A DNA stretch of 64,000 nt from Thermoplasmatales archaeon. Lineage in GTDB: Archaea; Thermoplasmatota; Thermoplasmata; Thermoplasmatales; Thermoplasmataceae. The notes beneath the pieces are model-generated. The model was given only the letters and a program-made list of their open reading frames with translations, did not search any database and was not told the DNA's origin. Shown here in pieces: positions 19,554 through 30,747 of the stretch. Where the stretch lies: positions 22,302 through 86,301 of the forward strand of contig JAJSLM010000006.1 of the NCBI GenBank assembly GCA_026127925.1, in the 5' to 3' direction. The stretch's first letter is position 1. Each line of letters starts with the position of its first letter. Both the position numbers and the translations under genes were made by a program.

Positions 19554-22500
19554 TGTTCCAGTAGCTCCTTATTTCTCTGCTCTTCGTAGCAACACTGCTC
19601 GCCCCGATGAGGGTCGTCGTTGCAAGTTTTATGTTTGTTATCAACGGTATCCCGTATTTCACCGACAGCCTCCTTATCTGGTTTCCATCCCGGATAGGAC
19701 CAGAGCGAAGCGATGGCGTATTTATCACGATATCAGGCTTATGCTCCAGGATGAAATCTTCAACGTTTGGCTGGCGTAAATCCTCCATCTTATAGACCAC
19801 ATCGCAATTAACACCATTTTCCATCAAGACTTTTCTTGTTCCGGGTGTGGCGAAGATCTGGATGCCAATATTTGAAAACTCTTTTCCGATATTCACGATC
19901 TGATCCTTATCCTCGTCTCTAACTGATATGAGCGCAACAGAATTTCCATGTAGCGATATCTTGTGGAATTTTAGGTATTTTGCAACAGCCTCTTCAAGGG
20001 TTTTTCCGGGAAGCATGGCTTCCCCTGTGGATTTCATCTCCGGACCTAGGACAGCATCAACGTCAAGGAATCTGTTGAAAGGAAATGCCGGAATCTTAAC
20101 AAAGTATCCATGGTTGTTCTTATCTATTCTTCTTATTTTTCCCTCCATTATTGCGTAATATGCCTCATTGACCCAGTCTATGTCTGTCGCTTTGCATACA
20201 AAGGGTACAGATCGGCTCGCTCTGGCGTTCAGCTCTATGATCATAATTTCGCCATACTTAACTGCCAGTTGCAGGTTTGAAAGTCCAGTCAGATCGTACT
20301 CCCTGGAAAGCATGTCTACAATCTTCTGAATGCGCTTTACAAGTTTTGCATCCGGTATCCTCGGCCCCATCAGCATCGTTGCATCCCCGGAATGTGTACC
20401 TGCTTCCTCAACATGAATCAAAATTCCACATATTACCGATTTTCTTCCGTTCGAGATAAAATCAACGTCGATCTCCGTGGCGTTTTCTATATACTTGCTT
20501 ATGAGTATGTGGGAATCTGGTTTATCTTCAAACAAGTTGGCGAGCCTTTCGTGAAGGATTTCCCTATCCGTGATTATGTCCATTGCCCTTCCGCCTATGA
20601 TAAAGCTGCTCCTGACAATAACGGGTAACTCTATGTTTTGAGATACTTCGACGGCTTCCTGCATGTGGTTAACTATTATGAAATCAGGCTGTTTCAGTCC
20701 AAAAAATTTCAAGTTCCTTGAGAATTTCGTTCTGTCCTCGATCTTCTCAATATTCTCTGGAGACGTGCCAAGAAAAATATCTGGACCGAATATATCCTGC
20801 AGTGGCATAGCCATGTTCTGTCCCGTCTGACCTGAAAACTGCACAATAATCCTGCATGGGCTTTCTCTCCGTACTATATTTGACACATGTTCGATCGTCA
20901 ATGGCTCAAAGTAGAGCGTGTCTGATATGTCAAAGTCAGTTGAAACTGTTTCTGGGTTGCTGTTTATCATCACCGCCCTGTAGCCATGTTTCTTTAGTGA
21001 AGCTATCATCTTTACGGAGACATAATCAAACTCCAAGCCCTGCGATATCCTGTTTGGTCCGGATCCGATTATTAGCACGGTTCCTTTTTTGTCTGCCGGG
21101 GGTGGGAACTCGTCCTGCTGATCGTATGTAGAATAGAAGTAAGGCGTCTTTGCCTCAAACTCACCGGAACATGTATCTATGGCCTTATAGACTGGAAGAA
21201 TGCCCCCATCGAATCTTTTCTTCACGAGATCGGTCTCAGATATGCCAGTGAATACAGATATTACAGAATCCGGGATTCCAAGTTTCTTGATCTCCAGGAG
21301 GTCGGAAGGAATGAAACCACGTTTCATTCTTGAAATTCTATCGGTGAGATTCCTAAGCTTTTCTATGAAATAAGAATCTATTCTTGAAAGTTTTGCGATC
21401 CTCTCCGGATCCATATTATGGAGCAGCGCCTCGATTATGGCATAAATTCTAAGGTCCGATGGTTGGGACAATAAAAACTCAAGATCATGCTCGTGGTTCG
21501 ATAGAAGGATGCGGCCGGATTCGGGTGTGTCGAGGGAAGCGATAGCTTTCATGAACGCTTCTTCGAACGTCCTTCCAATGCCCATAACCTCGCCTATGGA
21601 TTTCATCTGTACGCCTATCGTCCTGTCAGTGGAAAACTTGTCGAATGGCCATCTTGGAATCTTTACAGTAACATAATCAAGCGACGGCTCAAACGCAGCA
21701 TATGTCGACCTTGTTATCGGATTGATGATTTCATTAAGGTTATAACCAATCGCAATCTTTGTTGCTATACGTGCGATTGGGTATCCGCTTGCCTTGGATG
21801 CAAGAGCGGATGATCTGGAAGTCCTCGGGTTGACCTCTATAACGTAGTATTTATTGAGGTCTTGATCGAGTGCGAACTGGACATTGCATGCGCCCCTTAT
21901 GCCTATAGCTGAAACTATTTTTATGGACGCGTCTCTGAGCATCTGGTAGTCCATGTCGCTCAATGTCTGAGAAGGCGTAACAACAACACTCTCACCCGTA
22001 TGAACGCCCATCGGATCGAGGTTTTCCATGTTGCAAACGATCACGCAATTGCCTTCATTATCCCTTACTACCTCGTATTCAATCTCCTTGAGCCCCTCTA
22101 TGGATTCTTCCAGTTCGAGTTCCTCTTCAGGGTGCGCATAGAAAAAGTCAGAGCATAATCTCATTAATTGATCCTTGTCTCTGACGATAAGTCCTCCTGA
22201 TCCGCCAAGTGAAAACGAGGTTCTTACAATAGCGGGAATGAATTTTAGTTCTTCAACCCCGGATTTAAAAGAATCTTTGCTGAGTCTGACGGAAGAAGTG
22301 ATAGGCTCTCCTATTCTGTTCATCAGGTCATGAAAACTTCTCCTATCCTCAGCGATCTCTATGGATCTTATCGACGTGCCCAGAACTCTTATCCCGTGGC
22401 TATCTAAAACATGTTTCTTGTCCAGTTCTATGGCGAGATTTAATGCAGTCTGGCCACCCATGGTTGGAAGGATCGCGTCGACATGCTCAGCCTCTATTAT

Positions 22501-22728
22501 ATCCAAGACAGAATCAACATTTATCGGTTCTATGTAAACGCGATCCGCTATCTCATGGTCGGTCTGAATGGTTGCAGGATTAGAGTTGAGGAGAACGACT
22601 TTGACCCCCTCCTCCTTCAGTGAAAGGCATGCCTGCGATCCAGAATAGTCGAATTCTGCTGCCTGGCCAATGATGACCGGGCCGGAACCCAGGACCAGGA
22701 CGGTTTTTATGCTCCTGTCAATCGGCAT
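19531..22728 (-). CDS. carB: Carbamoyl-phosphate synthase large subunit
   Basis: 1065 aa with duplicated ATP-grasp domains and C-terminal MGS-like domain; overlaps carA by 11 nt. Confidence 0.95.
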   Translation of the reverse strand: MPIDRSIKTVLVLGSGPVIIGQAAEFDYSGSQACLSLKEEGVKVVLLNSNPATIQTDHEIADRVYIEPINVDSVLDIIEAEHVDAILPTMGGQTALNLAIELDKKHVLDSHGIRVLGTSIRSIEIAEDRRSFHDLMNRIGEPITSSVRLSKDSFKSGVEELKFIPAIVRTSFSLGGSGGLIVRDKDQLMRLCSDFFYAHPEEELELEESIEGLKEIEYEVVRDNEGNCVIVCNMENLDPMGVHTGESVVVTPSQTLSDMDYQMLRDASIKIVSAIGIRGACNVQFALDQDLNKYYVIEVNPRTSRSSALASKASGYPIARIATKIAIGYNLNEIINPITRSTYAAFEPSLDYVTVKIPRWPFDKFSTDRTIGVQMKSIGEVMGIGRTFEEAFMKAIASLDTPESGRILLSNHEHDLEFLLSQPSDLRIYAIIEALLHNMDPERIAKLSRIDSYFIEKLRNLTDRISRMKRGFIPSDLLEIKKLGIPDSVISVFTGISETDLVKKRFDGGILPVYKAIDTCSGEFEAKTPYFYSTYDQQDEFPPPADKKGTVLIIGSGPNRISQGLEFDYVSVKMIASLKKHGYRAVMINSNPETVSTDFDISDTLYFEPLTIEHVSNIVRRESPCRIIVQFSGQTGQNMAMPLQDIFGPDIFLGTSPENIEKIEDRTKFSRNLKFFGLKQPDFIIVNHMQEAVEVSQNIELPVIVRSSFIIGGRAMDIITDREILHERLANLFEDKPDSHILISKYIENATEIDVDFISNGRKSVICGILIHVEEAGTHSGDATMLMGPRIPDAKLVKRIQKIVDMLSREYDLTGLSNLQLAVKYGEIMIIELNARASRSVPFVCKATDIDWVNEAYYAIMEGKIRRIDKNNHGYFVKIPAFPFNRFLDVDAVLGPEMKSTGEAMLPGKTLEEAVAKYLKFHKISLHGNSVALISVRDEDKDQIVNIGKEFSNIGIQIFATPGTRKVLMENGVNCDVVYKMEDLRQPNVEDFILEHKPDIVINTPSLRSGPIRDGNQIRRLSVKYGIPLITNIKLATTTLIGASSVATKSREIRSYWNIEQEKSN

Positions 22729-23776
22729 GCCGCTTTGCTACCTCCTTTTGAATAAATTCAAAGAAAACCCTCGCGTCATGCGGTCCGGGAGAAGCCTCAG
22801 GATGGTATTGAATTGAATATATGGGCAAAAATGCGTGCTTCAGGCCTTCAACGGTACCATCATTTACATCCTTCTGCGTGACCTGTAGCCCCGTGGATTT
22901 CATGGATGCTTCATCCACTGCATAGCCATGATTGTGTGTCGTTATCAGAATCTTGTTCCCGGCGGACACAGCATGGTTTGATCCTCTGTGTCCAAACTTC
23001 ATCTTCACAGTCTTCGCGCCAAAGGCAAGTGAAATGAGTTGGTGCCCTAAGCAGACACCAAATATTGGTACCGTTCCTGATTTATCCTTTATAAATTCTA
23101 CCACATTCCTCAGGGATTCGTGGCTTGGGTCACCTGGGCCGTTGGATATGAAGACAGCATCGTAATTCCACTCAAGTTCAGAAAAGTTATAATTGTATGG
23201 TACAACATAGAGATCTGCAATTTTAGAAATCTCGTTCAGGAGGCTTTTCTTTGTCCCAACGTCTATGTAGAGAATCTTATACTTTGAATCCGTGTTGACA
23301 CCGTAAGCCTTCTTGCATGAAACTTTTGACACAACATCTTCCGCCATCGGGTCTTCGAACTCTCTTTTTAGTTCCGGATAGGATGTTATGTACGCTCTTT
23401 CTACACCCCTGTCTCGAATTCTTCGGACAAGGGCTCTGGTGTCGATCATGTCTATCCCTGGCACATGATTCCTTATGAGGTAATCATTGAATGAATCCCA
23501 ACCTACCCCGGATTTTAGAATTGCATGGGCATCCTTTGTTACGAGGCCAGATACTTGAGCCTCGGAGCTTTCCTCTCTTCCATGTTCAAGGGGGTAATTT
23601 CCTATAGTTGGAGATGCAAAAATGAGTATCTGATTCCTGTATGATGGATCCGATAAGGATTCGAGGTAACCAGTCATTGAGGTTGTAAAAACAAGCTCAC
23701 CGTATCTCTCCCCCGTATATCCATATCCAGTACCTTCAAATATTGATCCATCCTGAAGCACAAGAAAGCGCTTCAT
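22718..23776 (-). CDS. carA: Carbamoyl-phosphate synthase small subunit (glutamine amidotransferase)
   Basis: GVCLGHQL class I GATase motif; immediately upstream of carB. Confidence 0.95.
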   Translation of the reverse strand: MKRFLVLQDGSIFEGTGYGYTGERYGELVFTTSMTGYLESLSDPSYRNQILIFASPTIGNYPLEHGREESSEAQVSGLVTKDAHAILKSGVGWDSFNDYLIRNHVPGIDMIDTRALVRRIRDRGVERAYITSYPELKREFEDPMAEDVVSKVSCKKAYGVNTDSKYKILYIDVGTKKSLLNEISKIADLYVVPYNYNFSELEWNYDAVFISNGPGDPSHESLRNVVEFIKDKSGTVPIFGVCLGHQLISLAFGAKTVKMKFGHRGSNHAVSAGNKILITTHNHGYAVDEASMKSTGLQVTQKDVNDGTVEGLKHAFLPIYSIQYHPEASPGPHDARVFFEFIQKEVAKRHAD

Positions 23777-23963
23777 GGAATCACATCCATCTGATCAAAG
23801 GAAATGGAAGAATAAATGCACCCAGAATTGTGAAAAAATATTGAGTTATTTATCTCGCTTATCACTGGTCTTCAAAAATAAGTATTACCAATATCAATAA
23901 AATACTTTTCAACTTTTTTGATCATGTACGTAATTTTTTTCGAGATGCTAAGCGAAATCTGGA

Positions 23964-24851
23964 TTAAAATTCTGATTGTCCGCTGGATAGATTGAACATA
24001 GTGCGTGATTTCTTCCTCTTTATTGCAGACTTTATGTCGTCTTCATTGAAACCTTCAGGAAGACCTTTTCCGTTTATGTAATCAAAGAGCACAAGCTTAA
24101 GAACGTTCATGTAAGTGTAATTAAGGACAACCCCAAAAGCCATAAGTGCAATCCCTGCGATTATGAGGGCCACCAAGATAAAGACTGGAAGTGCAACGGA
24201 TATGAGGAAAATTCCAAGCAATAACAGAGCAAAGCCACCGAGTGTAAATATTAGGGTGTAGAGATCGACATAGGCGACACCTCCAAACGTTGTTCCAAAA
24301 TTTCTCGTGATGGTAGATACGCTCTCTTTCACGGCTTTAATAGGCCCAGATTTATTGTCAAGTATCGATGGTATGGCAAAAAATGTCGCAATCGCTATCA
24401 TCATTGATCCCACAGCACCTATCACGAGCTGAGCGATCCCTCTTAATCGTGATTCAATTATCCTGAGTATGACTACCAGCATTGTGTAGAACAGTGCCCA
24501 TTCTAGGGCCTGAAGCCTGTAGGCCCATGCCCTGCCAAAAGCCTCTCTCAGTGATACTGGACTTCCCGAGTTATTAGCACGATATGCGATGAGCATTGCA
24601 AGAAGTATTAGCGTTGAGACGAAGCCTACAACTATGTAGGCCACCAGAAGGGACAATATGTAGATTTCTACAGAACCGCCGACAGTAAAATTCAGTGGAA
24701 ATGAAATAAAAAGAGAAACGAATGTAAATGCAAATACAGCTATGGCAACAATACCTGATATCAGAGGATAGTAAAACAGACTCTTGCTTCTGGAGACGCT
24801 TTCTCTTACTTGCCTTGCCAATCTCCAGCCAGCTTTCATCCTTTCAAACAT
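23964..24851 (-). CDS. Hypothetical polytopic membrane protein
   Basis: Multiple hydrophobic helices, no recognisable motif. Confidence 0.4.
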   Translation of the reverse strand: MFERMKAGWRLARQVRESVSRSKSLFYYPLISGIVAIAVFAFTFVSLFISFPLNFTVGGSVEIYILSLLVAYIVVGFVSTLILLAMLIAYRANNSGSPVSLREAFGRAWAYRLQALEWALFYTMLVVILRIIESRLRGIAQLVIGAVGSMMIAIATFFAIPSILDNKSGPIKAVKESVSTITRNFGTTFGGVAYVDLYTLIFTLGGFALLLLGIFLISVALPVFILVALIIAGIALMAFGVVLNYTYMNVLKLVLFDYINGKGLPEGFNEDDIKSAIKRKKSRTMFNLSSGQSEF

Positions 24852-24932
24852 ATTTTAGCCTATTAAGAATCATTACTAAAGCGTTACGCCACGTTAATTT
24901 TTCTTAAAAAAAATATTAATATTTATGTTCAA

Positions 24933-26141
24933 TCATTTAGTTATCCCGAGTTTTTTTCCTATATCGGAAAATGATGAGATTGCATAATCAAGATCCTTTT
25001 TCGAATGCAGAGCCGAAGGCATCAACCTTATTCTAGCTGTTCCAGATGGGACGGTCGGGTACACAATCGGTGATGCAAAAACATTCTTTTCCCTAAAAAG
25101 CCGATCGCTTAATTCCAGGGTCTTTTTCTCGTCTCCAACCATGACAGGCGTAATCGGTGTTTTACTGTGTCCTGTGTTGAATCCGGCTTCGCTGAGGCCC
25201 TTCTTAAGGTAGTCGGAATTTTCCCAGAGCTTTCTGACCAGGGAATCGTCGCTCTCCAAGATCTCTATTGATTTTAGAACCGCAGCTGCATCACCAGCAT
25301 TAAGCGCGCTGCTGAAAAGGAATGGTCTGGACTTTCTCTTAAGGTATTCTATGAGGTCATTGCTGCCAGCAACGAATCCTCCCATTGATCCTATCGCCTT
25401 CGAAAAGGTACCCATTTCAATATCTATCTTGTCTGAAACCTTGAAATAGTCGCATATGCCTCTTCCATGATCGCCGAGAACTCCTTCCCCATGGGCATCA
25501 TCAACATAACTCATGGCACCATATTTTTCGGAATTTTCAATGATTTCTGGTAGCGGTGTTATGTCTCCGTCCATGCTAAAAACTCCGTCGGATATGACCA
25601 GCTTTTTTCCGGAATTTCCCGAAGCTTCCATTAATTTTTTTTCAAGATCATTCATATCAAGGTGCTTATACACAACTCTCTGTGCCGAACTTAACCTGAC
25701 ACCGTCGATTATACTCGCATGGTTGAGTTCTTCGCTGAAAACAACATCTTCTTTTCCAACAAGGACAGGTATCGTACCAGTGTTTGCGAGCAATCCACCC
25801 TGATATACAAGTGCAGATTCCATATGTTTGAACTTCGCAACCTTTTCTTCGAGCTTAACATGTATTTCTTCAGTGCCTGCTATAGATCTTACTGCGCCTG
25901 CGCCGACACCATATTCCTCGATCGCGTCAATGGCTGCCTTCTTAACTCTTGGATCATTAGCTAAGCCGAGATAATTGTTCGAGCACATGTTTAGCATGTC
26001 TTTTCCATCAATCTTAACCCAAGCTCCCTGAGAGCTCTGCAAGATCTTTATCGGTATGAATCTTCCTGAACTCTTCAGTTCCTCAATTTCCCTGCTTACC
26101 CAATCAAGTCCTTTGGAAACCATGGATAAGTATTTCGCCAT
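24933..26141 (-). CDS. PLP-dependent alpha-oxoamine synthase (2-amino-3-ketobutyrate CoA ligase / 8-amino-7-oxononanoate synthase family)
   Basis: GTFSKA PLP-lysine motif and class II aminotransferase fold pattern. Confidence 0.8.
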   Translation of the reverse strand: MAKYLSMVSKGLDWVSREIEELKSSGRFIPIKILQSSQGAWVKIDGKDMLNMCSNNYLGLANDPRVKKAAIDAIEEYGVGAGAVRSIAGTEEIHVKLEEKVAKFKHMESALVYQGGLLANTGTIPVLVGKEDVVFSEELNHASIIDGVRLSSAQRVVYKHLDMNDLEKKLMEASGNSGKKLVISDGVFSMDGDITPLPEIIENSEKYGAMSYVDDAHGEGVLGDHGRGICDYFKVSDKIDIEMGTFSKAIGSMGGFVAGSNDLIEYLKRKSRPFLFSSALNAGDAAAVLKSIEILESDDSLVRKLWENSDYLKKGLSEAGFNTGHSKTPITPVMVGDEKKTLELSDRLFREKNVFASPIVYPTVPSGTARIRLMPSALHSKKDLDYAISSFSDIGKKLGITK

Positions 26142-26238
26142 GGAATTATAATTTTTGTAATTCTATAACCCAGTCCCTGAATTATTTACCATGCTATGGC
26201 TACATTGTGATTTTATACTTTATTAGCTTGCAGGCTTT

Positions 26239-26580
26239 ATGGCTGGAAAATTATTGGTAATAATTTCATCTGGAGAAGAGGCAAGAGAAAAGGCAGTTAC
26301 AGGATTGAGATTCGCAGTTTTATCTAAAAAATTCAAATGGATGGACGAAGTCGAGGTGGTGCTGTTTGGGCCGTCGGAAAAACTCGCTACCAAGGACGAG
26401 GAATTTAAGGATCTGATTAAAGAAGGCAGTGATATTGGTATTGTTCCTATCGCATGTTCAAACATCGCACAAAGGGACAATATAACTGAATCGCTCAAGC
26501 ATCTTGGTTTTTCCGTCGATCCTATCGGGCCAGTCATCACTGGCTTCATGAACAAGGGCTTCGTTCCAATGACATTTTGA
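26239..26580 (+). CDS. DsrE/DsrF-like small protein
   Basis: ~110 aa with an overall DsrE/YchN-like pattern (LLVIISSG...IVPIACSN); weak. Confidence 0.35.
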   Translation: MAGKLLVIISSGEEAREKAVTGLRFAVLSKKFKWMDEVEVVLFGPSEKLATKDEEFKDLIKEGSDIGIVPIACSNIAQRDNITESLKHLGFSVDPIGPVITGFMNKGFVPMTF

Positions 26581-26673
26581 TGATTCTTCAATTATTCCTT
26601 CCTTTTAGGTCATTGGTCCGGAAAAACAACTTCAAAGCAGAAATATAAAATAGATATTCCTGCATGTTATATT

Positions 26674-27270
26674 ATGCCAAAAGATCTAATAATATCCGGA
26701 ATAAAACCGCTTATTGGACGTGTGACAGTCTCATGGAAATGGTACGATCAGGTCAAAGGAACGGTCGAGTACACCTTTTCTAACGTTGGGCAGAAAGAGC
26801 GATCGGTAGTACTTTACCGATCCGGTTACTATTTTGGAAACGCGTATTTTCCTGTCTACCTCGCAAACAAGGGATTCAACACGTCATGGTCAGAAAACAA
26901 GGCGCTTGAGGATCTGGGTGCTGAAAACAATTCAGCCCCAGTTGCTCCGGTGAATTTCAATGGACAATATCTAATCGCATTTGTTTTTACGTTATCTCCA
27001 GGGCAGGTGTGGTCCATGCTTGAGGGTGGATTCCAGGGAGCCGAACCAACCGGCGTTGTAGCTTATCCTGTAAGTTCCAATGGGATGGCCGAATTTTGCG
27101 TCTTGTATGATAAAGAGCAGGTTGTAGACTGGGACGAACAGACGGGTACTTCCCTGAAAGGTTTTGCGCCAAACCCAAAATCGGTGAAGAGTGCGTATTA
27201 CGCATGCTCAGCTAATTACGTCCAACTTTTCAACGATGTCGTAACTAAAGGAAAATGTGGCGGACCTTGA
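26674..27270 (+). CDS. Hypothetical protein
   Basis: ORF only. Confidence 0.3.
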   Translation: MPKDLIISGIKPLIGRVTVSWKWYDQVKGTVEYTFSNVGQKERSVVLYRSGYYFGNAYFPVYLANKGFNTSWSENKALEDLGAENNSAPVAPVNFNGQYLIAFVFTLSPGQVWSMLEGGFQGAEPTGVVAYPVSSNGMAEFCVLYDKEQVVDWDEQTGTSLKGFAPNPKSVKSAYYACSANYVQLFNDVVTKGKCGGP

Positions 27271-27285
27271 TCGGCTAAAGGTATC

Positions 27286-27939
27286 CTAAGGCCTTTCTGG
27301 CGATAGGAAATAGACAGAGACAACTATGATCCAAACTGAAAGTGCCACTGCTTCTATCATCTCGAAAAGTCCCAGCCCGAATCCAGTATAAATAAAATCT
27401 GTAACACTTTGTATTATGCCCGTAATGATGGCAATAAGAGATATGGCTGCCATGACGAGCCCAACAGGAACTAGTGCCAGATGCTTCAATGCATATGTCA
27501 GACTGTAGTATATTATTCCTATAGGGAAGAATAGGAAATAGAACAGAGCAGATATAAGATGCACATGGGGGTCGGCGTTCTCGTTGAAGCGCCCAACCAT
27601 TGAAAGACCTATGGCTCCTATTATCAAAAGCACAGTTGTGGGTACATTCGAGAAACCTTTTCTGTACATTCCGTAGGCAAATACGGCTATCATCAGCCCC
27701 CCTGCAGTCACTGCGTAGTTGAAAAGATAAGAATAAGTATGAACGCCAAGGTCACTCAGTGCATTTTTGTACCATGAGAAACCACCAGGAAAAAGAAAAA
27801 TATTAATCCATATGAGCAAAAGTGTAAAAACAGGAGCAGCAATACCAAATACGATCAGCGCTTTAGATTTATCTTCTCTATTCTCCATGAATATGTATAT
27901 ACGTTTTTTAATATAAATTTTTGTTCTTATTGTGCTCAA
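27286..27939 (-). CDS. Hypothetical membrane protein
   Basis: Six or more hydrophobic segments. Confidence 0.4.
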   Translation of the reverse strand: MSTIRTKIYIKKRIYIFMENREDKSKALIVFGIAAPVFTLLLIWINIFLFPGGFSWYKNALSDLGVHTYSYLFNYAVTAGGLMIAVFAYGMYRKGFSNVPTTVLLIIGAIGLSMVGRFNENADPHVHLISALFYFLFFPIGIIYYSLTYALKHLALVPVGLVMAAISLIAIITGIIQSVTDFIYTGFGLGLFEMIEAVALSVWIIVVSVYFLSPERP

Positions 27940-28235
27940 GTGTTGAACTCATCTATGGGAACTGCAAGAGAATCTATGAAAAGTAAATGTTTGTGGACCT
28001 TTCTTTGTTTGTAGTTGAATTTCCCTTAAGTACTCAGTGGGATCTGATGCAGCAAAACGTTTATACTACATTGTTACATCGGAGAATGCATTCAACGTGC
28101 TTTAGCCGGCGTGTCGATAGGTTTGATGTATTATCGAAGCAAATGACACCGCATGAAAGGCAGTGGCATCAACTATCTGGGACAAAAATAGTTAAATGCA
28201 ATAGTTGGATTGTATTATCAAAGATGTGATTTCCC

Positions 28236-29057
28236 ATGGTTGAAGAAAATACAAATAAAGTTCCAGCTGTTAAGGTTGGCATAGATTTGAAAGGCAGAGT
28301 TGCTCTCGTCACAGGCTCAAGTTCCGGCTTAGGTATGGAGATTGCGAAGTACCTTGCAATGGCCGGCGCAACAGTTGCCATACATTATCATTCAGAGAAG
28401 CAGCAGGCGGATCAGGTAGCGGCAGAGATTAACAATAGTGGCGGAAAAGCAGCAGTTTTTGGCGGTGATGTATCAAACAAGAGCGAAGTGGAATCAATAT
28501 TCAATAGCATAGACGAAAAACTAGGAAGTATCGATGTACTCGTCAACAATGCAGGAATTGATGGTAAGAGAGAACTCTGCGGAGATGACATTCCCGAAGA
28601 CTGGGAGAAGGTCATAGCAATTAATCTCATGGGGCCTTACTACTGTGCAAGGGAAGCCGTCAAAAGGATGAAGAAATCCGGACATGGAGTCATAATCAAC
28701 ATCACTTCAGTTCACGAATATCTACCGTGGTCTGGATATACTGCGTACTGCAGCGCTAAAGCAGGTCTATCCATGTTCACGAAAACATTGGCTCAGGAAG
28801 TCTCAGATTTTGGAATCCGGGTTGTCGCTGTAGCTCCGGGCGCGATCAAGACTCCAATAAACAAGAATGTTTGGAATAACCCGGACACATACAAGGATCT
28901 GCTGGAAAAGATCGCTATGCCTCGAATGGGTGAACCTGTGGACATAGCCGAGGCAGTAACATTCCTGGCAAGTGATCTAGCTTCGTACATAACGGGAACG
29001 ACTCTTGTGGTAGACGGCGGCATGCTCCTTTATCCGGCGTTCAAGCACGGCGGTTAA
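28236..29057 (+). CDS. Short-chain dehydrogenase/reductase (glucose-1-dehydrogenase/3-oxoacyl reductase-like)
   Basis: VALVTGSSSGLG cofactor motif, NNAG, YxxxK (YCSAK). Confidence 0.85.
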   Translation: MVEENTNKVPAVKVGIDLKGRVALVTGSSSGLGMEIAKYLAMAGATVAIHYHSEKQQADQVAAEINNSGGKAAVFGGDVSNKSEVESIFNSIDEKLGSIDVLVNNAGIDGKRELCGDDIPEDWEKVIAINLMGPYYCAREAVKRMKKSGHGVIINITSVHEYLPWSGYTAYCSAKAGLSMFTKTLAQEVSDFGIRVVAVAPGAIKTPINKNVWNNPDTYKDLLEKIAMPRMGEPVDIAEAVTFLASDLASYITGTTLVVDGGMLLYPAFKHGG

Positions 29058-29066
29058 AAAGCAAAA

Positions 29067-29693
29067 TTATTTAGGCTGTGCCGGTGGTTCCGGAGGAACC
29101 ATGTTGGTTTCTACGTACAACTTATTGGCCGTAACTAGATTATTTGGATAGACCACTACTGTTTTATCTGCTCTCTCAACAAAACTGTACATGGCAGTTA
29201 CGTCTATGACTTTGCCGTCATCTCCAAGTAGGTTTATCCTATCATGTATTTTGAATGGTCTGCTTATCAGCACTATCAGGCCTGAAACAAGCTGGCCCAG
29301 AGTCGAGGCGAGAGCCATACCAATTACAATACCAAGGAATCCCCCAAATGCCACACCAGCAATAGCACCTGCAAACGAGCCGATAACTGCTGCTACAAGC
29401 GCACCTACCCCGATAATTCTGACTACATTCCTAACTGCCGCAGCAGTGCCATGATCATGTTTTATCCTCATGTTCCAGTATATGATCTGCGAAAAAGCAT
29501 TGATTATTAGATATCCGAAGAGTATTGCTAGAAGCACATCAACATAGCGTGTGTAAGAATAGGCAGAAATGTACACCTTTGCAATCAGTGGAATTATAAG
29601 GTTATCTATAACCGCTGTCACGGCAACAAACAAAACTATGTAGACAATAAGTTTCACTATGGAATCTCTGATGCCCTTAGTTACTTCAGACAT
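29067..29693 (-). CDS. Small-conductance mechanosensitive channel (MscS family)
   Basis: TM helices followed by MscS beta-domain-like ISRPFKIHDRINL...VIDVT. Confidence 0.6.
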   Translation of the reverse strand: MSEVTKGIRDSIVKLIVYIVLFVAVTAVIDNLIIPLIAKVYISAYSYTRYVDVLLAILFGYLIINAFSQIIYWNMRIKHDHGTAAAVRNVVRIIGVGALVAAVIGSFAGAIAGVAFGGFLGIVIGMALASTLGQLVSGLIVLISRPFKIHDRINLLGDDGKVIDVTAMYSFVERADKTVVVYPNNLVTANKLYVETNMVPPEPPAQPK

Positions 29694-29809
29694 TTACATG
29701 TTGACAACATTATCCTCTATTTAAATATAATTGTAGACAAAAAATAAATGTCATAAAACCAGATGATTTTAATATCGATACGGAAATACTGGTGTTCCTG
29801 TGGTTTTGC

Positions 29810-30742
29810 ATGAAAAGCATACTTATTGCACTTGGTGGTAACGCACTTCTTAGAAATGGAGACGAGGCAACATATGAGTCCCAATACAGGCGTGCTTTTG
29901 AGTCTTTTCAGAGAATGTCACACATCGTCTCTGAAAATGAGGTCGTCATTACACATGGCAATGGCCCCCAGGTTGGGAACATACTTCTGCAGAATGAATA
30001 TTCGAATAAGATAACTCCTTCAATGCCACTTCATGCATGCGGTTCAATGTCTCAAGGTCTCATAGGTGAAATACTTGTAAGCGCCTACGATTCTGTGAGG
30101 GCAATTTCCGGGATCTCCAAGGAAGCATCCGTGATAATAACACGCACTGTCGTAGATAAAAATGATCCAGCTTTCCAGAAACCGTCTAAACCAATAGGTC
30201 CCTATTATGATTCAGACGCATCAAAAAAATTGGTTGAGAAACGCGGATGGATCATGCGTGAGGAGAGCGGCAAGGGTTACCGGAGGCTGGTCCCATCACC
30301 TCAACCCATGGACATACTTGAAAGGAACTCCATATTTGGGCTACTGAAGGATGGATTCTTACCGATATGCGTCGGTGGCGGTGGAATTCCTGTTGTGAGA
30401 ACGGCGAAGGGATTCGAAGGCGTAGACGCTGTCATAGACAAGGATCTCGGTTCCTCACTGATAGCTACAATACTTGAGCTTGATAAGTTCGTGATTCTTA
30501 CTGACGTTGATGGCGTATACATCAATTATGGGAAGCCGGATCAGAAAATCATCAAGCACATCTCTGCGGACGATGCGGGAAACCTCGTTAACAGCGGGGC
30601 TCTTCCAAGTGGAAGTATGGGTCCAAAAGTATTGGCAGCGATTAATTTCGTAAAGAAGGGTGGCAAGGAAGCGATCATAGGATCACTGGATGACGCGGAA
30701 AACGTAATCTCCGGTTATTCCGGTACGGTTGTAGAAAGATGA
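29810..30742 (+). CDS. arcC: Carbamate kinase
   Basis: KSILIALGGNAL and VITHGNGPQVG signatures; ATG at 29810 is preferred over the upstream GTG. Confidence 0.85.
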   Translation: MKSILIALGGNALLRNGDEATYESQYRRAFESFQRMSHIVSENEVVITHGNGPQVGNILLQNEYSNKITPSMPLHACGSMSQGLIGEILVSAYDSVRAISGISKEASVIITRTVVDKNDPAFQKPSKPIGPYYDSDASKKLVEKRGWIMREESGKGYRRLVPSPQPMDILERNSIFGLLKDGFLPICVGGGGIPVVRTAKGFEGVDAVIDKDLGSSLIATILELDKFVILTDVDGVYINYGKPDQKIIKHISADDAGNLVNSGALPSGSMGPKVLAAINFVKKGGKEAIIGSLDDAENVISGYSGTVVER

Positions 30743-30747
30743 TGGAG

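Noticed and set aside
19607-21131. Several 60-90 aa plus-strand ORFs inside carB (19607-19795, 19928-20158, 20277-20459, 20392-20628, 20856-21131)
   Set aside because: They are antisense to a highly conserved 1065-aa CarB reading frame and have no motifs; they are frame-shadow ORFs.
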